DNA from: Candidatus Fokinia solitaria
GTDB taxonomy: Bacteria; Pseudomonadota; Alphaproteobacteria; Rickettsiales; Midichloriaceae
DNA length: 32,000 nucleotides
Reading direction: 5' to 3'
NCBI RefSeq assembly: GCF_003072485.1
Contig: NZ_CP025989.1
Location: 690,001-722,000 of the forward strand
Below the pieces are notes generated by a model. The model was not told the DNA's origin, did no database searches, and worked only from the letters and a program-made list of their open reading frames with translations. Positions 25,420 to 32,000 of this stretch are shown in pieces (the stretch's first letter is position 1; the number at the start of each line of letters is the position of its first letter). Both the position numbers and the translations under genes were made by a program.

Positions 25420-25469
25420 TGAATTTATAATGCTTAGGTATTTTATTATGAATATACTGACTCACTTTA

Positions 25470-25498
25470 TTGCAAATACCTATCTCTCAATATAGTAT
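25470..25498 (+). promoter_or_regulatory. Candidate sigma70-type promoter for rpmF-thyX-tpiA
   Basis: TTGCAA (25470-25475), a 17-nt spacer, then TAGTAT (25493-25498), about 35 nt upstream of the rpmF ATG. Confidence 0.35.
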
Positions 25499-25532
25499 TA
25501 CACCACCTTTATGTGATGTAGTTACCTATAGC

Positions 25533-25706
25533 ATGGCTGTACCTAAGAGAAAAACTTCTCCTTCTAAGAGAGGCACAAGAAGAGCGCATAATGCACTCAA
25601 AGCACTAAATATAGTGATAGATCCAAAGACAGGAAAACATCACCTCCCTCATATGATGTCTGACGACGGTTTATATAGAGGACGTAGTATACTAAAAAAG
25701 TCCTAG
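25533..25706 (+). CDS. rpmF: 50S ribosomal protein L32
   Basis: MAVPKRKTSPSKRGTRRAHNALK is the canonical L32 N-terminus. 57 aa from the ATG at 25533. The listed ORF start at 25470 is an upstream extension. Confidence 0.9.
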   Translation: MAVPKRKTSPSKRGTRRAHNALKALNIVIDPKTGKHHLPHMMSDDGLYRGRSILKKS

Positions 25707-25727
25707 TTATAATTATAACTTGGATGT

Positions 25728-26561
25728 ATGAAACATAGTGCAGTTAATGCACTTGATGAAGTACTTGGTCAGCGATTTGATGTACTAGACAAAGGCTTCA
25801 TAAGAGTGATCGATTACATGGGTGACGATAGTGCAGTTGTTCAAGCTGCTAGAGTTTCTTATGGAAAAGGCACAAAGAAGGTGCTAGAGGATCGAGGTCT
25901 CATCAGATATCTGATGAGAAATCGCCACACCACGCCGTTCGAAATGTGCGAAATAAAATTGCATATAAAACTTCCAATATTTATAGCTAGACAGTGGATG
26001 AGACATCGAACTGGTAGTTTCAATGAGTATTCTGCGAGATATTCAATACTTGATTCTGACATGTATACTCCGGATGATTCTACACCATGTTTGCAATCAT
26101 CATCCAATAAGCAAGGGCGTGATACAACTGTAGATACCACCTTAGGCAAACAAATTAGCAGTTCTATTCAGAAAAATAATGAGACAGCATATCTACTATA
26201 TGAAGAGTTGCTTGCAAATGGAGTAGCAAAAGAAATAGCAAGAATTGTACTACCTCTAAATTGTTATACGCAATTTTACTGGAAAGTTAACCTTAATAAT
26301 CTGATGCATTTCATAAAACTGCGTCTTGATAGACATGCACAGTATGAGATAAGGCAGTATGCTAAGATACTGTACGATATCCTAAAAATTTGGGTACCAA
26401 CGTCGTTAGAAGCATTTAACGATTATCTGCTGAATGGTATGTACCTTTCCGAAAAAGTAATGACGATATTGAAACGCAAAATAAAAGGAGAAAATATACA
26501 ATACGAAGATTCAGGATTATCTAAACAAGAATGGGCTATCATAGAAGATTGTTTTATTTAA
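25728..26561 (+). CDS. thyX: FAD-dependent thymidylate synthase ThyX
   Basis: ThyX motif RHRTGSFNEYSARY (RHR..S.N..S.RY), plus the conserved TPFE and KLR.D..AQ.EIR regions. Confidence 0.95.
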   Translation: MKHSAVNALDEVLGQRFDVLDKGFIRVIDYMGDDSAVVQAARVSYGKGTKKVLEDRGLIRYLMRNRHTTPFEMCEIKLHIKLPIFIARQWMRHRTGSFNEYSARYSILDSDMYTPDDSTPCLQSSSNKQGRDTTVDTTLGKQISSSIQKNNETAYLLYEELLANGVAKEIARIVLPLNCYTQFYWKVNLNNLMHFIKLRLDRHAQYEIRQYAKILYDILKIWVPTSLEAFNDYLLNGMYLSEKVMTILKRKIKGENIQYEDSGLSKQEWAIIEDCFI

Positions 26562-26574
26562 ACATCATTGAATA

Positions 26575-27270
26575 ATGATCAGAGATTTTTTCGTAATCGC
26601 CAACTGGAAAATGAGTGGCTCATTGCTATTCATACAACAGATGAACACATTTATTGCATCATGGCAAGAAATAAAGGACGTCGCGTTTCGTAAAAATTCC
26701 GTACGCATTAAGATTGTAATATGTCCTCCACATCCCTATATCTCATCACTACATGATGTTATTACATCACTCGATTCAGATCTGCTTTACTTGGGTGCGC
26801 AAGATTGTAGCAAGTATGAGAATGGCTCTTATACAGGAGAAGTAAGCGCTAAAGCGCTGAAAGAATTTGGATGCTCATATGTAATACTTGGCCATCAAGA
26901 AAGAAGGCAAATGCATGAAAATCATGATATCATTACACAGAAAATTGAAGTAGCCAAGAAATATGATATCGTAACAATACAATGCGTAAATGATCACGAC
27001 ATACAAGACAAAGTTGCTTTATCTGGCGATATAATAGCATATGAGCCTGCACAACATATTGGTGCTACAGAATGCGAATCTATGGATAAAATATCATCAA
27101 TTACGCAATTAGTAAAAAGTACCGAAAAGCGCAAAGTAATATACGGAGGCGCCGTCAACTCTGATAATGTGCATCTCTTATACCAAATCACTGAATTAGA
27201 TGGCATACTCGTCGGAAGAAGTAGCCTCGATTATACAGAATTCACGAGGCTGCTATATAACGTAGCATAA
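26575..27270 (+). CDS. tpiA: Triosephosphate isomerase (short, divergent)
   Basis: ANWKM (catalytic Asn/Lys), GHQERR (catalytic His; canonical GHSERR), AYEP (catalytic Glu), YGGAVN and LVGRSSL. 231 aa, against about 250 for typical TpiA. Confidence 0.85.
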   Translation: MIRDFFVIANWKMSGSLLFIQQMNTFIASWQEIKDVAFRKNSVRIKIVICPPHPYISSLHDVITSLDSDLLYLGAQDCSKYENGSYTGEVSAKALKEFGCSYVILGHQERRQMHENHDIITQKIEVAKKYDIVTIQCVNDHDIQDKVALSGDIIAYEPAQHIGATECESMDKISSITQLVKSTEKRKVIYGGAVNSDNVHLLYQITELDGILVGRSSLDYTEFTRLLYNVA

Positions 27271-27373
27271 TCGTCATACATATAGTTTTCTTCTCATATC
27301 TTCATTTAGCAGAATCTAGATAGTTGCTTTTTGTAATAGTCAAAACACTCTACAAACTTATTAATAAACACAT

Positions 27374-30300
27374 TTAGATCCCCTCCTCTTGATGAGGCCC
27401 TCCAACCACAAGATTTATCTCCTGTCCGAAGAGATTATCCGGATCGTGTGGCACTTCCTCATAATTAACTTCCTCATGATTAACTTCCTCATTATCGTTA
27501 ATGTCATGAAAAACTTCTTGTACTGAGCTATCCCGATTACTACCATCAGCTTGCGGTACTGCAATATCCCGATTACTGCCAACTTTCCGAGCACCACTGA
27601 CTGGTAAAGGAATCATCCTAGAACTACCGAAATTTGGTATCTCCTCAGCCATAAAGATATTATTTGCATCTCCGATATCAGAACCACTTGCAACACTTGA
27701 AACATCTATATCATCCTCTTTTTGCAATAGTGGTGTAGAGAAAATATCGAAAGAAGAGGTGCCATCATTGTACTTTCTCTCTTCTAAAGAGATTTTATTA
27801 TAAGCGGCTATTTGTAACATTTCGTTATATAATTTCACCCCTTCTGAGGCAATATCTTTAGCATTAGGATCTTTCTTCAACATCTGCATCTGTGCATTTA
27901 ATACAACAATTTTTCTATCATGCTCCAACGATAGATCTTCTATTTTATGCAAATGATCTATACGTTTCTTCTGAAGCGATGAAAAGAGCGCATGCTCTCT
28001 TTTATGAGGCTTTACTTGCAATAAAAATTCTGTTGTTCTGTCGCTTTCATCTGCATATGCACTTTCCTCTTCCTCATACTGTAATCCTAATGCAATCAGA
28101 TCTTTTTTTCGCGCATCTCCTCCTCTTTGAATCTCCTGCAACTTCTGCTTCAATCCCTCAACTTCTATAATCCCTTTATCGAATTTCATCTTTTGCATAC
28201 CTGCATCGCGCACCTCTTCTGCATACGTCACGCCATTAACAAAACTGATGGTAGCAGCGTCAAAATCAGCAGACTTCTGATTACGTAGTGCGATTTGATC
28301 ACCACTATACTTACCATCTACAATTTTCCCTGCACCATCCTTAACAGGTCGTAAGCTTTTGATATATTCTTCTGCAGCATTCAATACATTTTCATACTTG
28401 CTAGATAATGCATCTCTCTCGTCCTTTATAAAAGACGCTGCATCTTGAGCATTTTGATCCAACGTCAATTGAATAGCATTAGATTGGCAATTCAAATCCT
28501 CTCGTTTCCTAACGTTTTCTTCACTCTTCTCTGATAGCTTTTTTTCTTCCTCTCTTATTTCATTAATCTCATCATGCAGCTTATTCATTCTATCAGCAAC
28601 CACTTTTATCTCATCATCATGCACTACACCGTCTTGTATCAGAAGTTGATACTCTTTATCATTTTTAGGCATGCCGTGCTTATTTAATGCTACATGTATC
28701 ACATCATTAAGTTGAGCAGCTAAAATATACTCACGTGCATCAAATGCTTTAGTCAGATAATGTAATAGTTTTCGCATCTCCTTCACTACATTCTTGATCT
28801 CACTCTCTAATACATATTCTTTTCTCTCTAACGTACGTATTGCTCCATCACAAGTTAATAAAGCATTTTCATCATACAATACTCCAAACTGCTTTGCATG
28901 CTGCGCTAGAGTTGTAATTTGCTTGAATTTTTCACGTACTTCAGGGAGAGAAGTGTCTTTACGTATAATTACTTTTTCATAAATTTTGGCAGTTCTCGTA
29001 AAGCCTTTTAATGAAATCACATTTTCCAATATCTTTCTGGCTTCACTATTACCGTAAAGTATAGAATTTTTATTCAAATAATCGCTATTAACTGCAGCGA
29101 GAAAATACTCTTTATCATCTGGACCTAAATGATCGCGACGTAATGGAAGGCACGTAGTACTTTTATACATTGAGATCTTATCCGTTATTTCGAGAAGCTC
29201 TTGCTTTAAACGTTGTTGCTCTATTTTTGATAATTCCACTTGTGCTGAAAGGATATTCTGTCTTTCAAAGCTTTCTGTCTCCTTCCTGAGAATAGCATCA
29301 CCTTCCTTCTCTAGAAGCATACTATTCTCTGCATGCACATCAGCTTTAAATTCATTCTCTATTCGCCACATTTGGTTATCTATCTCATCATAAAATCCCG
29401 GCTCATTGGCTTGAATTTTTAATTTTGCATTATTGGCTATCTCCAGCTTACACTTTACAATAAAATCATTTATCTCGTTTTCTTCTCTATAAGAAGCGAG
29501 ACGTAGCACTTCTTGAGCCCTTACTTGCTCCGATAGCTCTATCATCACTGTTGTTCTGTCAATTACACTCTGCTGACGCACCGCTGCTTTTTCATTCAGT
29601 ACTCTTATACCCTCTTGTAACGCTGCATGTTCTTTCTGAAGATTTAGCAGTTCTTTTGAGTAGCGCGCATGCTCTTCTTTACGCGAAACTTCATCATCAA
29701 TTGGCATTCCAATATCTCTTAACTTTTCCTCCAACAAATTGAGATATAGAGATGATATAATAGGGATATCTGAAGAAATATTAAATTCAACTTTTATAGC
29801 TCGCAACTCGAGTGCTATAATTTTCTCCTGCACAGCTAATATTTCAGCGTCTGAAGCGCCATTGTCTAACAATCTTCTTTTTTCTTGCTGCATTTGCGGC
29901 AATTCCGGATACTGTAAGGTAAACTTCCCCTTCAATGCATTATCATACTGACGATTATTCAGTTGTAATATCACATCTCTTTGCATTAATTTTATTCCTT
30001 GCTCAGATGCTGCTTTTTCTAATGAACTTTTTGTTTGGTCTTTTTGGATCGACTGCGCTGTAATCATGCTTTGTTTTAATCCAATCAGTACTTGCAACTT
30101 CGGATCTTGGAAAAAAATACTGCCTTCTACACTATAACCAGCTTCCATTACTCTGATCATATCATCGACATCTACCATCACTTTATTCACTTTTTGCTCA
30201 TATTCTTTCGAAGTAGATTGAAACTTCTTTGCTAGCACCCTACTCTGCTGCGAAAGAGATGATACTTCTGGTTCTGTTCCTGTCTCTGAATTTGGTATTT

Positions 30301-32000
30301 TCAACTGCGAACCTCCTTTTCGCGCTGAGCTTTGCGAAGTTTGCACTATCTTGCGCTGCATTCTATCATGAAAATCTTTTCTAGCATTACGTTCTTCAGC
30401 GAGTTCAGATATATTCTTCGCTTTCTTGAAAGCATCATATAATTGTTTTTGCTCCGCGCTAAAAGCATTGTCATTCTCGATCATAAGAGAATTTAGCTCA
30501 GATATTTTCTGAGTAAGTGCGATTTGATTTTTGTCTAGTTCTATAACATCTTTATTCATTAGATTAATTTTTTCCTGATATTCTTTCAATATCTCTTGAT
30601 CTGTCTCATGCATTCTCTTGTATTCCTTTTGCGTTTTCTTCATCACAGTATACGTCTGCGTCTCGCTCTGATATCGCTCACTTACTTCTCGTTTTTTTAT
30701 GAGAGATTTGTCCAGCACCTTCATTACTGCGAATTGCCGTATTTCTGGTGACGTTGCTGCTGGCTGTATACTTCCTTCTAATATTTTTTTATTGTTCTCT
30801 AATCGCTGCACATAAGCATCCTGCAGAGGCAGCAGTTTTTGGAGCTTGTCTGATATGATTTTCTTTTTATACGCTTCAGTATAAAGATTTACGCATTCAT
30901 CTGTAATATCTGGGACGCCATGTTTCATCATGTTTATATTATCCGTGCCTATTACTGCTCTCTCCTCCTCCAATATTGCGCCTCGTTCGTCATACATAAG
31001 CTCGAGCTTTTGTTCTGATACAACTATAACATCCTGCACTACCTTTAGCTTCTCGAGAGTCGAATCATGTATTTCCTTTGCCGCATCTACAACGGTTTTT
31101 TCAGTAATCTTCATGATTCCTAATTTCTTCTGACATGCTAGAATAAATGCACGTAACGCAGAATCGTACTCTTGCATTAATACTGCTTCCATCGTCTCGT
31201 CTATTGTATCTTGAGACTGAAACCTTCTAATTTTCACTCTCGATTGATCCAAATCGCTCAAAGCTTTCTGAGTATCTGCATCAGATATAACGGGATTATT
31301 TTTTTGAATTTCATCTACTATGTCGCTAAAATTTGAATCACTAACTGGCTTTAATATTTCTAGCTTTTTTGTATTATCACTTATTTCGTTCGTTATTTCC
31401 GATCGCTTCTTCTTTAGATGCTGCCATCTCTCGTCTTGCTCTAGACTACGAAAAGGACGTTCGTCTAATTCTTTATATTCCACATTCATCGTCTTCAGCG
31501 ACTGCTCATCAGCGTCAACTTTGCGCTGTAAAACTAGTAATTCACTCAAGTTCTGTAACTTTTTATAATAGCCACTACTTGCGGCATCACTTGCATCCTC
31601 AGCATCTAATATCTTTTTCTTCTGGTCAAGAGTATACTGTAACAACTCTTCTTCGTCCATTTTTTTCCCTTTCTCATCCGATACTAGGTCTATTCTCTTG
31701 TCTATTTTTTTTTGCTCTTCTAGATAAAACATGCGAGCAGCTCGCACTTTTCCTATCTCCTCGGATAGCTCATTACCCCCGAACCTTTCATTTATGGACG
31801 TAAGCTCATGCTGTGCTATATCTTGCAGGTTACTCGTCTTTATCGTAGAAAGAGATGATTCTTCCATCTGTATAAGTTGAGTATGTAACGAAGATGCTTC
31901 TTTCTTTATCTGTAGCAGCATTGCACCATTTGACAACGTAACTTCGCCGCCCTCTTTTTTCTCAGCATCTTCTACTGTTTTTAGCTCATTCTCAGCACTT
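27374..32000 (-). CDS. Giant E/K/Q-rich coiled-coil protein (hypothetical; effector or surface-protein candidate), N-terminus beyond the window
   Basis: The reading frame is open from the window edge (nt 32000) to the stop at 27374. That gives at least 1,541 codons; the listed 1,520-aa ORF merely starts at an internal TTG. Composition is dominated by E, K, Q, L and I with heptad-like periodicity. I recognise no TM segment, signal peptide or enzymatic motif. The acidic C-terminus carries micro-repeats. Confidence 0.75.
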   Translation of the reverse strand, partial: SAENELKTVEDAEKKEGGEVTLSNGAMLLQIKKEASSLHTQLIQMEESSLSTIKTSNLQDIAQHELTSINERFGGNELSEEIGKVRAARMFYLEEQKKIDKRIDLVSDEKGKKMDEEELLQYTLDQKKKILDAEDASDAASSGYYKKLQNLSELLVLQRKVDADEQSLKTMNVEYKELDERPFRSLEQDERWQHLKKKRSEITNEISDNTKKLEILKPVSDSNFSDIVDEIQKNNPVISDADTQKALSDLDQSRVKIRRFQSQDTIDETMEAVLMQEYDSALRAFILACQKKLGIMKITEKTVVDAAKEIHDSTLEKLKVVQDVIVVSEQKLELMYDERGAILEEERAVIGTDNINMMKHGVPDITDECVNLYTEAYKKKIISDKLQKLLPLQDAYVQRLENNKKILEGSIQPAATSPEIRQFAVMKVLDKSLIKKREVSERYQSETQTYTVMKKTQKEYKRMHETDQEILKEYQEKINLMNKDVIELDKNQIALTQKISELNSLMIENDNAFSAEQKQLYDAFKKAKNISELAEERNARKDFHDRMQRKIVQTSQSSARKGGSQLKIPNSETGTEPEVSSLSQQSRVLAKKFQSTSKEYEQKVNKVMVDVDDMIRVMEAGYSVEGSIFFQDPKLQVLIGLKQSMITAQSIQKDQTKSSLEKAASEQGIKLMQRDVILQLNNRQYDNALKGKFTLQYPELPQMQQEKRRLLDNGASDAEILAVQEKIIALELRAIKVEFNISSDIPIISSLYLNLLEEKLRDIGMPIDDEVSRKEEHARYSKELLNLQKEHAALQEGIRVLNEKAAVRQQSVIDRTTVMIELSEQVRAQEVLRLASYREENEINDFIVKCKLEIANNAKLKIQANEPGFYDEIDNQMWRIENEFKADVHAENSMLLEKEGDAILRKETESFERQNILSAQVELSKIEQQRLKQELLEITDKISMYKSTTCLPLRRDHLGPDDKEYFLAAVNSDYLNKNSILYGNSEARKILENVISLKGFTRTAKIYEKVIIRKDTSLPEVREKFKQITTLAQHAKQFGVLYDENALLTCDGAIRTLERKEYVLESEIKNVVKEMRKLLHYLTKAFDAREYILAAQLNDVIHVALNKHGMPKNDKEYQLLIQDGVVHDDEIKVVADRMNKLHDEINEIREEEKKLSEKSEENVRKREDLNCQSNAIQLTLDQNAQDAASFIKDERDALSSKYENVLNAAEEYIKSLRPVKDGAGKIVDGKYSGDQIALRNQKSADFDAATISFVNGVTYAEEVRDAGMQKMKFDKGIIEVEGLKQKLQEIQRGGDARKKDLIALGLQYEEEESAYADESDRTTEFLLQVKPHKREHALFSSLQKKRIDHLHKIEDLSLEHDRKIVVLNAQMQMLKKDPNAKDIASEGVKLYNEMLQIAAYNKISLEERKYNDGTSSFDIFSTPLLQKEDDIDVSSVASGSDIGDANNIFMAEEIPNFGSSRMIPLPVSGARKVGSNRDIAVPQADGSNRDSSVQEVFHDINDNEEVNHEEVNYEEVPHDPDNLFGQEINLVVGGPHQEEGI
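27453..27497 (-). repeat. 15-bp in-frame micro-repeat x 3 (EEVNH/EEVNY/EEVPH) near the 3' end of the giant gene
   Basis: acttcctcat recurs at 27453, 27468 and 27483 (period 15). A second pair, atcccgattact (encoding GSNRD), recurs about 36 bp apart at roughly 27530-27580. Confidence 0.8.

Noticed and set aside
1-32000. Search for CRISPR arrays, IS/transposase genes, integrases, prophage (WO-like) modules, ankyrin-repeat genes and toxin-antitoxin pairs
   Set aside because: I found none. The only repeats are in-frame coding repeats (145-309, 8058-8207, 27453-27497), short intergenic repeats and the duplicated MFS helix.

Overview
This is an AT-rich (about 35% GC by eye), gene-dense window with about 27 protein genes and one tRNA-Cys(GCA). 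I found no rRNA, CRISPR array, IS element or prophage. The gene content points to a reduced obligate-intracellular alphaproteobacterium of the Rickettsiales, most like Anaplasmataceae (Wolbachia/Ehrlichia-like); I cannot assign a species from sequence alone. The supporting signs are scattered rvh-type type IV secretion genes (a lone VirB6/TrbL-like polytopic protein and a lone VirB8), ThyX, WSP/Msp4-like beta-barrel outer membrane proteins (OMPs), TpiA, RadC, and unrelated genes chained by ATGA overlaps. Housekeeping genes recognised by motif are ftsH, era, dksA-like, bamD, cdsA, tadA, a UvrD/AddA-type helicase, an amino-acid ABC permease, rpsU, mtaB, radC, mlaA, lipA, rpmF, thyX and tpiA, plus an MFS transporter and an HlyD-family adaptor. 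The non-housekeeping content is the most interesting part. (1) A protein of more than 1,540 aa, E/K-rich and apparently all coiled coil, runs off the 3' edge of the window. (2) A tandem-repeat (33 bp x 5) Glu/Lys-rich protein sits at the 5' edge; its C-terminus resembles type-1 secretion signals, and an orphan HlyD-family adaptor lies 2.3 kb away. (3) The orphan VirB6-like protein has a TTG start and a roughly 290-aa disordered His/Ser/Asp-rich tail containing a 75-bp duplication; a DksA/TraR-family gene with a half-lost zinc finger follows it. (4) virB8, lipA and a WSP-like OMP form a co-directional cluster behind a near-consensus promoter. (5) Several conserved folds look decayed or repurposed: a TlpA-like thioredoxin without CxxC, a shortened TpiA with an altered lid loop, and an MFS with a duplicated first helix. 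None of these amounts to a demonstrated new system. All functional calls rest on motif recognition without database searches.
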